From Patescibacteria group bacterium (GTDB lineage Bacteria > Patescibacteriota > Minisyncoccia > 2-02-FULL-40-12 > IGHO2-01-FULL-4-A): 64,000 nt of DNA. Position 1 is the stretch's first letter. The number at the start of each line of letters is the position of its first letter. Where the stretch lies: NCBI GenBank assembly GCA_038064915.1, contig JBBTSB010000003.1, positions 13,395 through 77,394 of the forward strand, in the 5' to 3' direction. Positions 1 to 8,918 of this stretch are shown here, piece by piece. The notes beneath the pieces are model-generated. The model ran no database searches. It saw nothing but the letters and a program-made list of their open reading frames with translations, and had not been told where the DNA came from. The position numbers and the translations under genes are program-made.

Positions 1-72
1 AGCCTTTGTTCGTAGAAGTGGTATGTACCGATACTCAGAAGATCATTGCTCCCATAGGAGCGCCAATGTTTT

Positions 73-861
73 ATGAATAACCTGCAGCTTCAAAAAAAGG
101 CTCGCTGGGTGCGGCTCGAGGTGCTCGAGGCGATCGTGAAAAGCGGTAAGAGCCATATTGGGGGGACGTACTCGGCAACAGACCTTTTAGTGGCGTTGTA
201 CTACGGAAAACTCCTGCGCCCCGGTGATCGTTTTATTTTGAGTAAGGGCCATGCGTGCACGGCTTTGTATGCTATTTTTTTGGATTTGGGTAAGATGTCT
301 CGGAAGGTGTATGATTCCTATGGAATAAACGGTGGACTGGGCGGACAGCTGGAAACATATATTCCCGGTGTCGATTTTAACACCGGTTCCATGGGGCACG
401 CGATCGGGGTAGCCTCGGGTATGGCTCTCGCATCCCGCATGGATCGAAAAAAAAGTAGAGCGATCACGATGATCGGCGATGCGGAGCTCTTTGAGGGATC
501 GTGCTGGGAAGCGATCATTTTTGCCGGCCAACTTGAGCTTGCCAACCTGGTGGTTATCGTAGACCGTAACCGATTGAGTGTTACGGAAGCGATTGAGGAC
601 GATAGTATCTACCGGAATTTTAAGAAAAAAATCGAGTCGTTTGGATGGAGCTACGTCAATATCAACGGCCATGATTTTCGCGATATTCAAAAGGCGTTTC
701 AAACAGTGAAGCATACAAAACAGCCGACTATGATTATCGCCGATACCGTCAAGGGCAAGGGCGTTTCGTTTATGGAAAATAATGTTCAGTGGCACAATGC
801 GCTTCCTTCTCCCGAGCAAATTGCCATTGCGCGCAAGGAACTTTCTTATGGACATACGTGA
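73..861 (+). CDS. transketolase, N-terminal (ThDP/PP-binding) subunit of a split enzyme
   Basis: The 262-aa product carries 'GHxGGxxSAxDLL..LYY' and 'SKGHA' ThDP-binding motifs typical of split TKT N-halves. Its stop overlaps the start of the C-terminal subunit gene. Confidence 0.85.
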   Translation: MNNLQLQKKARWVRLEVLEAIVKSGKSHIGGTYSATDLLVALYYGKLLRPGDRFILSKGHACTALYAIFLDLGKMSRKVYDSYGINGGLGGQLETYIPGVDFNTGSMGHAIGVASGMALASRMDRKKSRAITMIGDAELFEGSCWEAIIFAGQLELANLVVIVDRNRLSVTEAIEDDSIYRNFKKKIESFGWSYVNINGHDFRDIQKAFQTVKHTKQPTMIIADTVKGKGVSFMENNVQWHNALPSPEQIAIARKELSYGHT

Positions 862-1741
862 TGCACTCTTTGACGAAATATATCGCCTGGGGGAAAAGGA
901 TAAAGACCTGATTTTTATCAGTGATGACTTGGATGCCTGGGGACTGCGCAAGTTCAAGCGCGACTTTCCGCGTCAGTTCATCAACATCGGTGTCGCCGAG
1001 CAGAACTTGATTGATGTGGCCGCAGGGCTTGCGGCGAGCGGAAAGAAAGTTTTCGTGTACGGGATTTGTTCCTACGTGACGGCGCGCTGTCTTGAGCAGA
1101 TCCGATTCAGCGTTTGTAGTATGAATTTGCCGGTGGTGATCATCGGTGTGGGGGCGGGATTTTCTTTTTCGTTTGACGGTCCTTCGCACCATGGCATCCA
1201 CGATATCGGCCTCATGCGCATGCTTCCCGAAGTGACGATTTTTAATCCTATTGATGCTCGGAGCGCTCAGATGAGTGCTCGGTTGGCGCACGCCCGCAAG
1301 CAACCTGCCTATATTCGCCTTGATAAGGGGGAGTTTCCTGATCTTCGGTATACAGACAGCGAACTTCGAGAAGGTTTCAAAAAGATGGGACCGCTGGGGG
1401 ATACCACAGTGATCAGCACCGGCATTATGTCCCAGCAGATCATGAAATTTCGTACCAAAGGAGTGGTGGACCTATTCCGCCTGCAACCGATCTCACCTCA
1501 ATTTATTTCCCAGGTACTGAAAAAATCCAAACGCATCATTACCGTTGAAGAAAACATGTTCACCGGTGGAATCGGAAGTATCGTGAGTGAGCTCCTTACC
1601 GATCATGGATTGAAGATCCCCCTCAAACGCCTTGCCGTAAAGAATCGTCAGTTTGATCGGTTTGGCACCCGTGAATGGCTATGGTCGCTTAGCGGACTGG
1701 ATATGCCTACATTGCAGAAAAAAATCTCACGGCATGCTTGA
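848..1741 (+). CDS. transketolase, C-terminal (Pyr/TK-C) subunit
   Basis: The ATG at 848 lies inside a longer ORF and overlaps the upstream stop by 14 nt. The product has pyrimidine-binding and TK C-terminal domain features ('GVAEQN', 'YGICSY'). Confidence 0.85.
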   Translation: MDIRDALFDEIYRLGEKDKDLIFISDDLDAWGLRKFKRDFPRQFINIGVAEQNLIDVAAGLAASGKKVFVYGICSYVTARCLEQIRFSVCSMNLPVVIIGVGAGFSFSFDGPSHHGIHDIGLMRMLPEVTIFNPIDARSAQMSARLAHARKQPAYIRLDKGEFPDLRYTDSELREGFKKMGPLGDTTVISTGIMSQQIMKFRTKGVVDLFRLQPISPQFISQVLKKSKRIITVEENMFTGGIGSIVSELLTDHGLKIPLKRLAVKNRQFDRFGTREWLWSLSGLDMPTLQKKISRHA

Positions 1742-2747
1742 TATACCTCCAATTGGAATGGGGACTGGGTTCAGTGAGGATGAGCTCAAAGATCCGGACA
1801 GGATTGTCGAGGCAATTCAAGTCGGGATTGACGCGGGGATGCGGTTTATCGATACCGCGGAGAACTACGGCGGGGGCGTGTGCGAAGAACTCGTGGGACG
1901 GGCGATTGCTGGCAAACGGAGAAATGTGGTGCTTGCAAGTAAATTTTCTCCCGAGCATAGCAAGTACGATCAAGTCATTGCCGCCTGCGAGAGAAGCTTG
2001 CGTCGACTCAAGACCGATTACTTGGACCTGTACCAGACGCACTGGCCCAACCCCGGTGTGCCGTTTGAAGAAACCCTGCGCGCCCTGCACTATCTCAAAG
2101 AGCAGGGAAAAATCCGAGCGATTGGCATGAGCAATGTCGGCATCAAAGAACTGCCACGCGACGTCGTCTCGCTTCAGCAAGAATTCAATCTCTTTGAGCG
2201 CACCGTGGAGTACGACGGTACCCTTGACTATGGTCAAAAAAACAACGTTTCTATTATTGCGTACAGCCCGCTGGACCAGGGACGGACTGACAGAACATTA
2301 CCGTCTCAGCTTCAGCTTGCCTGGCTTGTGTCGCATGACGGCGTTATTGCCATACCGAAATCAGCAAACCCCAAGCACGTCAAGGAAAACGCCGAAGCAA
2401 TGCGGATTGTTTTGAAAGCCGAAGACAAGGCCCGCATTGACCGAGAATTTTTTCAAGAGATAGTCTATATTTCCACCGGTGATATTTCCGTTTCACCAGC
2501 GGGTGAGCGGAATCGAGCAGTATACCGAACATTGAAAGAGGCAACGGAAAATCGGTTCGGCTATGTTCCCAGCCCGATAGAACTTGCACAAACATTGAAA
2601 GCTGGAGGCTTTGTAAAACCCGTACGTTTGATTCCTTCGGGAAAAAACTATCAGCTCATCAACGGCCGTATCCGTTATTGGGCGTGGGTGATCGCGTTTG
2701 GTACGACAAAGCCCATTCCTGCGTACATTCGGAGCGATTTGAATTAA
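1731..2747 (+). CDS. aldo/keto reductase family oxidoreductase with ~90-aa C-terminal extension
   Basis: Internal Met 'MLDIPPIGMGTGF' sits right at the end of the TKT gene. AKR motifs are present ('IDTAENYG', 'YLDLYQTHWPN', 'AIGMSN'). The last ~90 aa fall outside the AKR fold. Confidence 0.8.
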   Translation, partial: GMLDIPPIGMGTGFSEDELKDPDRIVEAIQVGIDAGMRFIDTAENYGGGVCEELVGRAIAGKRRNVVLASKFSPEHSKYDQVIAACERSLRRLKTDYLDLYQTHWPNPGVPFEETLRALHYLKEQGKIRAIGMSNVGIKELPRDVVSLQQEFNLFERTVEYDGTLDYGQKNNVSIIAYSPLDQGRTDRTLPSQLQLAWLVSHDGVIAIPKSANPKHVKENAEAMRIVLKAEDKARIDREFFQEIVYISTGDISVSPAGERNRAVYRTLKEATENRFGYVPSPIELAQTLKAGGFVKPVRLIPSGKNYQLINGRIRYWAWVIAFGTTKPIPAYIRSDLN

Positions 2748-2776
2748 TTCACTTTTCGTGATAGCTTTGTAGGGCA

Positions 2777-3544
2777 ATGAAAAACCCTGTCGGCATCAAG
2801 ACCTTTTTTAGTAGCGACGAAGAGCGTCATCGTGCCCGCTTGCTTGAACTGTTTAGGTCCTGTCCTATTCCCGAGGAACAGTTGTTTAATAACCTCGGCC
2901 TTTTCTTAAATTCAAAAGACCTTGCCCGTATCCTGTTTATGGATTTTTTGTATCGTCAGATCGTTTCCGTGCATGGTGTGGTGATGGATTTAGGGACCCG
3001 CTGGGGGCAGAACATGGCGCTTTTTACTGCACTCCGCGGGATGTATGAGCCATTCAATCGTCATAAAAAAATCATCGGATTTGATACGTTTCGAGGATTT
3101 CCCAGTGTTTCCAAAAAAGACGGCGCTTCTGACTTGATGAAGAAAGGGAACACGGCGACCGTCAAGAACTATGAAGTATATCTGGATGATATTCTCAAAA
3201 GCTTTGAAGGTTGCAACCCACTTTCCCATATAAAAAAATATGATATCCGTATGGGGGATGCAAGTAAGGAGGTACCTGAATACTTACGAGAAAATCCCGA
3301 GACGATCGTTGCCCTCGCCTATTTTGATTTTGATATCTACGCACCGACCAAAGAATGCCTCAAGGCGATCAAGCCACATCTGGTGAAGGGTAGTATCCTT
3401 GCGTTTGACGAGCTCAATGATCATGACTCGCCCGGTGAGACAGTTGCATTGAAGGAAGTATTCGGATTGAATACAATCCGATTGCAACGCTTTCCCATCA
3501 CATCCCGGGTCTCGTATTTTGTGTATGAACATGAAGACCGTTAA
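2777..3544 (+). CDS. TylF/MycF-family (macrocin O-methyltransferase-like) class I SAM methyltransferase
   Basis: 'VMDLGTRWGQN' and 'IIGFDTFRGFP' match the TylF family pattern (GxxxExGxxxGxS ... DxFxGxP). The 255-aa length fits the family. Confidence 0.6.
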   Translation: MKNPVGIKTFFSSDEERHRARLLELFRSCPIPEEQLFNNLGLFLNSKDLARILFMDFLYRQIVSVHGVVMDLGTRWGQNMALFTALRGMYEPFNRHKKIIGFDTFRGFPSVSKKDGASDLMKKGNTATVKNYEVYLDDILKSFEGCNPLSHIKKYDIRMGDASKEVPEYLRENPETIVALAYFDFDIYAPTKECLKAIKPHLVKGSILAFDELNDHDSPGETVALKEVFGLNTIRLQRFPITSRVSYFVYEHEDR

Positions 3545-4400
3545 GGTTGGCATTATCGGTACCGGCAATATTGGAACTGACCTTTTAATGAAAATCTTGC
3601 GGTCGGATGTTTTAACGTGTGGTATGTTTTCCGGACAGAATCCCGAATCTGTCGGTATCCGAAAGGCACAAAGCTTGGGAGTTCCCACTTCGTTTGAATC
3701 CATACATGCCTTTGAGGCTGATCCCGATTGCGCTGAAATTGTTTTTGATGCAACGTCAGCAGAAGTGCACCGTCGGCATGCCCCCATATTGGAAAAGATG
3801 GGAAAATTTGTCATTGATATGACGCCTTCACGTATTGGCAAAATGTGCGTTCCTTCTCTGAATCTGGACGAGTGTTTGCGGGAACCCAATATTAGTATGA
3901 TTACGTGCGGAGGACAGGCAATGACGCCTTTGGCATATGCAATCATGAAAGTTCATCCCGATACCCCGTACATTGAAATTGTTGGGAGTATTGCATCGCG
4001 CTCCGCAGGAGTTGGTACGCGTAACAATATTGACGAGTATACCCAGGCAACCCGAGACGCGATTGTGCACTTTTCGGGCGTTCCACGGGCTAAAGCAATC
4101 ATTGTTCTCAATCCTGCCGAACCGCCCATTTTGATGCATAATACGATGTATGCGGAAATACCACATCCCGACATGCAAGCTATAACCCGCGAAGTTGCAA
4201 GTGTCGTGGAACGTATGCGGACCTATGCCCCGGGATACAATCTCCAACTCGAGCCAACCTATGAAAATGGTCGTGTTATGATTATGAACACGGTGGTGGG
4301 CCGTGGAGATTTTTTGCCTCCCTACGCGGGCAACCTCGATATTATTAATTGCGCGGCAATTGCAGCCGCCGAAGCCTACGCACGGAAAAAAGTTCTATGA
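3531..4400 (+). CDS. acetaldehyde dehydrogenase (acetylating), DmpF/MhpF family
   Basis: 'VGIIGTGNIGTDLL', 'ITCGGQA' and 'NLDIINCAA' align along the whole length with DmpF. The start overlaps the upstream stop. Confidence 0.85.
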   Translation: MKTVKVGIIGTGNIGTDLLMKILRSDVLTCGMFSGQNPESVGIRKAQSLGVPTSFESIHAFEADPDCAEIVFDATSAEVHRRHAPILEKMGKFVIDMTPSRIGKMCVPSLNLDECLREPNISMITCGGQAMTPLAYAIMKVHPDTPYIEIVGSIASRSAGVGTRNNIDEYTQATRDAIVHFSGVPRAKAIIVLNPAEPPILMHNTMYAEIPHPDMQAITREVASVVERMRTYAPGYNLQLEPTYENGRVMIMNTVVGRGDFLPPYAGNLDIINCAAIAAAEAYARKKVL

Positions 4401-5407
4401 AACCCACCATCTCTATCATCGATTCCACGCTTCGTGACGGATCACATGCTCTCCGTCATCAGTTAAGCGCTGATGCGATTACTGCATACTGCAAGCGTGC
4501 GGAAACTGCCCGTGTACCAATTCTCATGGTCGGGCATGGTAATGGCTTGGGTGCTTCATCGCTCCAGCTTGGCAAAGCTCTGTTGTCGGATCGGGAGATG
4601 ATGATTGCTGCCCGTGCCGGTTTGCGATCAACAAAACTGGGTGCTTTTCTCCTGCCGGGGTATGGCACCATACAGGACGATGTTGAGCCGGTACTTGATC
4701 TCGGCGTACAGGTGCTGATGGTTGCATCCCATTGCACCGAGGCAAATATTACGCGACAGCACATTGAATATGCGGTAGGAAAAGGGGTTGTTACCTATGG
4801 GGTGCTCATGATGATTCATCGAGTTAGTTCGGAAGAGCTTCTTGTTCAGGCTCGTATGATGCAATCCTATGGAGCTTCAGCAATTATTTTGATGGATTCC
4901 GCAGGAGCGCTCCTTCCCCATGAGGTGGCAGTGCGGGTACGGGCGCTCACACAGGGACTTACCATCGACGTCGGATTTCACGCACATAACAATTTGGGAA
5001 TGGCCATTGCCAATTCCGTCGCGGCGGTTGAGGCGGGTGCAAAAATCATTGACGGCACGACCCGAGGTCTGGGCGCCGGTGCCGGCAATTGCCAACTTGA
5101 GGTCATCGTTGCAGTGCTTCAAAAAATGGGTTACCGTACGGATCTTGATTTCTATCCACTCATGGATGCCGGAGATTTTGTGACCGCCAACATCATGACA
5201 AAGCCCCAAGAAATCGGCTCCATTGAACTCATGAGTGGTTTGGCGGGCGTTTTTTCAGGATTTGCTCCACATGTCCGTAAAGCCGCCGCGCAATTCAATG
5301 TAGACCCCCGAGATATCTTTATGGAATTGGGCAAGCGAAATGTGGTAGCGGGCCAGGAGGACATGATCATTGATGTGGCGGCTGAATTGGCGAAACGATC
5401 AGCATGA
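4397..5407 (+). CDS. 4-hydroxy-2-oxovalerate aldolase, DmpG/MhpE family (class II pyruvate aldolase)
   Basis: Start is 'MKPTISIIDSTLRDGSHALRHQ' with an ATGA overlap onto dmpF. The C-terminal 'GQEDMIIDVAAEL' communication-domain motif is diagnostic for DmpG. Confidence 0.8.
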   Translation: MKPTISIIDSTLRDGSHALRHQLSADAITAYCKRAETARVPILMVGHGNGLGASSLQLGKALLSDREMMIAARAGLRSTKLGAFLLPGYGTIQDDVEPVLDLGVQVLMVASHCTEANITRQHIEYAVGKGVVTYGVLMMIHRVSSEELLVQARMMQSYGASAIILMDSAGALLPHEVAVRVRALTQGLTIDVGFHAHNNLGMAIANSVAAVEAGAKIIDGTTRGLGAGAGNCQLEVIVAVLQKMGYRTDLDFYPLMDAGDFVTANIMTKPQEIGSIELMSGLAGVFSGFAPHVRKAAAQFNVDPRDIFMELGKRNVVAGQEDMIIDVAAELAKRSA

Positions 5408-5970
5408 TTCATTATTTTTTTGATTCTTTGACGCTTCATTTACAGCTCGTTAAGGACCGACATTTTCAAGAACAACTTGGATTGGTTGTAGAGCAGGTAT
5501 TTCAGTGTTTGGCGCGAGGTAATAAACTTCTCATAGCGGGCAATGGTGGCAGTGCGGCGGATGCGCAACATTTTGCGGCCGAATTGATGGGGCGCTATAT
5601 GAAAGAACGACAGGCTTTGCCGGCAATCTCCCTGACCACTGATACCTCTGCATTGACAGCGATAGGCAATGATTACTCATTCGATCAAATTTTTGCACGA
5701 CAGGTAAGTGGATTGGGTGTTGCCGGGGATATGCTGATGGTTTTTTCAACAAGCGGCAATTCCAAAAATCTTTTGGAAGCGGTTTCGGTGGCACGACGGA
5801 AGCAACTCAGCACGGTTGGTTTACTCGGAAACCAAGGTGGTTTACTGAAAGATGCAGTAGCATTGCCTCTGGTTGTACACTCCCCTAGTACGCCACGTAT
5901 TCAGGAGGTTCATCAACTTCTCCTCCATATTATAGCGGAGGAAGTGGAGCGCCGACTCATTTCTTCATAA
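5404..5970 (+). CDS. SIS-domain sugar-phosphate isomerase, GmhA (sedoheptulose-7-P isomerase)-like
   Basis: 'GNGGSAADAQHFAAEL' and 'STSGNS' are SIS motifs. The 188-aa size matches GmhA. The start overlaps the dmpG stop. Confidence 0.75.
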   Translation: MIHYFFDSLTLHLQLVKDRHFQEQLGLVVEQVFQCLARGNKLLIAGNGGSAADAQHFAAELMGRYMKERQALPAISLTTDTSALTAIGNDYSFDQIFARQVSGLGVAGDMLMVFSTSGNSKNLLEAVSVARRKQLSTVGLLGNQGGLLKDAVALPLVVHSPSTPRIQEVHQLLLHIIAEEVERRLISS

Positions 5971-7018
5971 AATTTTCTAGACGGTCCATGCCTTCGCGGA
6001 TGCGAGAGAGGGGAATGGTAAAGCTCATGCGGATACAGGCATTGTTCCCGAATGCCGCTCCCGGAACTACCGCAACATGTGCTTTTTCGAGTAGCGCCTT
6101 TGCAAAAGTTTCCGAATCTTTTCCTACGTTTGCAAAAATATAAAACGCGCCATCCGGTATGGGAGCGGAGATTCCCATATTTTGGAGTCTTTCTAGCATG
6201 TAATCCCGGCGTTTTTTGTATTCTTTTAGCACCGAAACCAAAGCGGGTGGTTTTTTCAATGCCGCCAGAGCCGCGTACTGCGCTATGCTATTTGGATTTG
6301 AGGTGGTGTGATCTTGGAATGCCGTGGCCGAAGCTATGACGCCGGCATTTCCCGCGCAATAGCCGAGTCGCCATCCCGGGATTGCGTATGTTTTTGAAAA
6401 GCTTCGTACCACAAATGTTCGATCCGGTATGAGAGACGCGATGCTGATATGTTTTTTTTCGTAGACGAGTTTGTCGTAGGTTTCGTCGCTTATGACGGTT
6501 GCGCCATGCCGGGCGATCGCCTTGAGTTCATCAAGGCTCATGACATGCCCAGTGGGATTGTTGGGTGAATTGATGATGATCAATTTCGTTTTTCCAGAGA
6601 TATTCTTTGCAATCCTGCCACCCGCCAATTTGACCATTTCTGCAAAACTCACCCAATAGGGTACGGGCACGAGCACCTCATCGCCCGGATTGACCAGTGT
6701 CTGAAGTAAATTGTACAAGCATTGCTTGGCCCCGGCAGAAACAAGGATATTATGTGGCTGGTAAAATAGTTTTTCTTTTGCGAGCGATTTGCAGATCGCT
6801 TCTTTGAGTTCCGGGATGCCCCCCGTTGGCGTATAGATCGTGTGGTTTTTTTGAATAGCGCGAATCGCGGCTTGCTTCACATGCGCCGGCGCGGGAAAAT
6901 CCGGCTCTCCGCCGGCAAATGAAACCACATCAATTCCATTCTGTGCCATCTCACGGGCCAACCTGTTCATGGTCAGCGTGATGGAGGGCTCAATAGCCTG
7001 GGCTCGTTTTGAAATCAT
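5957..7018 (-). CDS. PLP-dependent aminotransferase class I/II (AspC-like)
   Basis: 'NSPNNPTG' and 'SFSKTYAIPGWRLGY' (PLP lysine region) are present. The gene is convergent on the upstream operon. Confidence 0.8.
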   Translation of the reverse strand: MISKRAQAIEPSITLTMNRLAREMAQNGIDVVSFAGGEPDFPAPAHVKQAAIRAIQKNHTIYTPTGGIPELKEAICKSLAKEKLFYQPHNILVSAGAKQCLYNLLQTLVNPGDEVLVPVPYWVSFAEMVKLAGGRIAKNISGKTKLIIINSPNNPTGHVMSLDELKAIARHGATVISDETYDKLVYEKKHISIASLIPDRTFVVRSFSKTYAIPGWRLGYCAGNAGVIASATAFQDHTTSNPNSIAQYAALAALKKPPALVSVLKEYKKRRDYMLERLQNMGISAPIPDGAFYIFANVGKDSETFAKALLEKAHVAVVPGAAFGNNACIRMSFTIPLSRIREGMDRLENFMKK

Positions 7019-7156
7019 GGTATTCCTATGCTATCGCACCTTTCTGATAATGACAATCATCTCCCAAGCTCCATATTTTGCTATTGACAAACTTGATAAG
7101 AACAGCCTTCCGTGGTACAGTGAAATGCCGAAATTGCATTGAAAGAAGGAGGAGAG

Positions 7157-7525
7157 ATGAGGCGAGTCTTTGTTAGAGGAAGTGACCTCGAGGAAGTGCC
7201 GACCTCGCACGGCGAGGATCTTCCGGTCCGTAAGCGGGTGTACTGCAATCGGAGGGAGAACTCCATTCCTCACGTCATGCAGATCGCCCGCTCGACCAGC
7301 ATCGGTCCCGTGGATACCGCCGACGGCCACGTCCACAGGACGATGGTCGAGTGGTATTACGTTGTCAGCGGAAGGGCAACCTTCCGCGTCGGCGGATGGT
7401 CCATGAACGCGGGGCCCGATGACTTCATCGCGGTTCCGCCCAACACCACACACTCCTACGTCGTCGCCGAAGGCGACGTGCTGGAGCTTTTCTACGGTGG
7501 CATCGCCACCAAGGAGGAAGCATGA
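7157..7525 (+). CDS. cupin-domain protein (GC-rich island)
   Basis: The ATG at 7157 is preceded by 'GAAGGAGGAG'. The product has cupin motifs 'HxH...E' and 'P..T.H'. Local GC is about 60-67% against about 45% in the flanks. Confidence 0.55.
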   Translation: MRRVFVRGSDLEEVPTSHGEDLPVRKRVYCNRRENSIPHVMQIARSTSIGPVDTADGHVHRTMVEWYYVVSGRATFRVGGWSMNAGPDDFIAVPPNTTHSYVVAEGDVLELFYGGIATKEEA

Positions 7526-8091
7526 AGCCTACGTGCATCGCCATCGCGGGAATTCCCACCAGCGGAAAGACGACGCTGGGGTGCGCGCTGTCCGCGGCCA
7601 CGGGAATTCGCTTCATCGACAGCAACGAGTTCGCGAGGTTCGCCCCGATGGCGGATCCCGCGACGTTCCAGACGGACGAGGGTCGCGAGCGCGAGCGAGC
7701 GCGGATGAGGATCATCTACGCTCTCACCCACGCTGTCGCCGGGGCGTACCTCGAAGGAGGCGAGTCCATCATCATCGCCGCGACCTACTCCAAGGAGGCC
7801 AGTCAGCTACGCATGTCGGACACCGTCTTGCGCACCGACGCGCGCCTCAGGATCCTGTGGTGTCAGTACGACACCTGGAACGAGGCGGAGGTCGAGCGGC
7901 GCCTCGCGGACCGAGCGACGAGGAACGATCTGGCCGCCGGCGAGATCGCGATCACGCCCGAGTACCTCCGTGAGCAGATCGGTCGCACCGCCGACATCAA
8001 GCTCGCGCACCTCGTCGTCCGCATGGAGGGCGGGGACGAGGGGACCAGGGCTGCCGTCGAGGCGGCCCTTCAGTACATCAACGCGGAGTAG
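7522..8091 (+). CDS. P-loop NTPase, small kinase-like (AAA_33/CPT-like)
   Basis: Walker A is 'AGIPTSGKTT'. The gene has an ATGA overlap with the cupin gene and lies in the GC-rich region. Confidence 0.5.
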   Translation: MKPTCIAIAGIPTSGKTTLGCALSAATGIRFIDSNEFARFAPMADPATFQTDEGRERERARMRIIYALTHAVAGAYLEGGESIIIAATYSKEASQLRMSDTVLRTDARLRILWCQYDTWNEAEVERRLADRATRNDLAAGEIAITPEYLREQIGRTADIKLAHLVVRMEGGDEGTRAAVEAALQYINAE

Positions 8092-8119
8092 CCCGCCATC
8101 GGCGAGCCACTCCCTTTTC

Positions 8120-8160
8120 CGCCCGCTGGGTCGCAGGACCTGGCGGGCGCGTTTGTTTTT
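8120..8160 (+). terminator. rho-independent terminator (13-bp stem, GCAG loop, T-tract)
   Basis: CGCCCGCTGGGTC-GCAG-GACCTGGCGGGCG is followed by CGTTTGTTTTT, directly after the stop of the P-loop gene. Confidence 0.6.
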
Positions 8161-8161
8161 A

Positions 8162-8170
8162 TGCTAGAAT
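8162..8170 (+). promoter_or_regulatory. extended -10 element TGCTAGAAT in 'TTTTTATGCTA' context
   Basis: It lies 13 nt upstream of the ATG at 8184 and is fused to the preceding terminator T-tract. Confidence 0.35.
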
Positions 8171-8183
8171 TTTAATATAAACC

Positions 8184-8450
8184 ATGACTGACCGCACTCG
8201 AGAAATCATCGGAACCGGAGCTGGTATCCTGACGACCTCGGCGTTTATCCCGCAGGTCTATCACATTTGGAGTCGTCTGCCAGAACCGGCGGAAGATGTT
8301 TCAGCCCTGACTTTTTTCATAGTTGCCGTCGGTGTTACCGGATGGCTGACATTTGCCGTGGGCGTGAAGTCAAAATCCATGATGATTTCGAACGGCATCA
8401 CGCTCGTGCTCTACCTTTCAATCTTGCTTTATAAACTGATCTATGGTTAA
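8184..8450 (+). CDS. SemiSWEET / PQ-loop (MtN3) family small sugar transporter
   Basis: The product is 88 aa with three predicted TM helices and a 'PQ' motif ('FIPQVYHIW') in TM1. Confidence 0.6.
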   Translation: MTDRTREIIGTGAGILTTSAFIPQVYHIWSRLPEPAEDVSALTFFIVAVGVTGWLTFAVGVKSKSMMISNGITLVLYLSILLYKLIYG

Positions 8451-8478
8451 ATTTTGTTAGCGAGTTTTTGGTATCTAA

Positions 8479-8904
8479 TTGAGAGAGGTGAAGAAGATGG
8501 ATTCAATGGCTCAGGTTCTGATGCGGGACACGGGCGTCTACCTGTATCACCATTCAGGTGCCGAAGGCGGAACCATCAAGGCGCTCAAGGAGGTTTTCTG
8601 TCGGTCCCGCAGCCTGTGGAACCAGGACCGACGCTGGGATGACCCCGAATACTTGACCGCCATCATCTTTCGCGAGATGGTCGAGCAGGAGCGGGTGCGA
8701 CAGGTGGCCACGAGAGAGCAGTTTCCGTCGCTCGGGCCCCTCGACCTCAATACCTTCGGCATCGGCACCAAACGTTACAAAGACGTGGCACTTCTTGTCA
8801 CGCTCTACTGCGCTTCCCAGACCATCCAGATCCAAGGGAAGTCCGAGGGGCAAGAGGTGTCTCGGTCGTGTTCCTTTAGGGAGTTTTCTTCCCAGACCAT
8901 CTAG
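8479..8904 (+). CDS. hypothetical protein (GC-rich island; likely starts at Met 8497)
   Basis: This ORF sits in a high-GC segment and ends at a duplicated terminator. I saw no recognisable motifs. Confidence 0.35.
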   Translation: MREVKKMDSMAQVLMRDTGVYLYHHSGAEGGTIKALKEVFCRSRSLWNQDRRWDDPEYLTAIIFREMVEQERVRQVATREQFPSLGPLDLNTFGIGTKRYKDVALLVTLYCASQTIQIQGKSEGQEVSRSCSFREFSSQTI

Positions 8905-8918
8905 TCCGGGAACTCCAC

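Noticed and set aside
187-957. 256-aa minus-strand ORF antisense to the transketolase N-subunit
   Set aside because: The plus strand has conserved ThDP motifs, and the antisense ORF has none.
3519-3530. Upstream Met codons (MCMNM) of the DmpF ORF as the true start
   Set aside because: The conserved N-terminus begins at 'MKTVKVGIIGTGNIG'. The upstream Mets lie inside the preceding gene.
7419-7973. Arg/His-rich alternative-frame ORFs (7419-7973 +, 7425-7715 -, 7492-7731 -, 7807-8010 -, 7970-8167 +) in the cupin/kinase island
   Set aside because: They have a low-complexity Arg/Pro-rich composition typical of out-of-frame translation of high-GC DNA. The in-frame genes have a Walker A motif and an SD.
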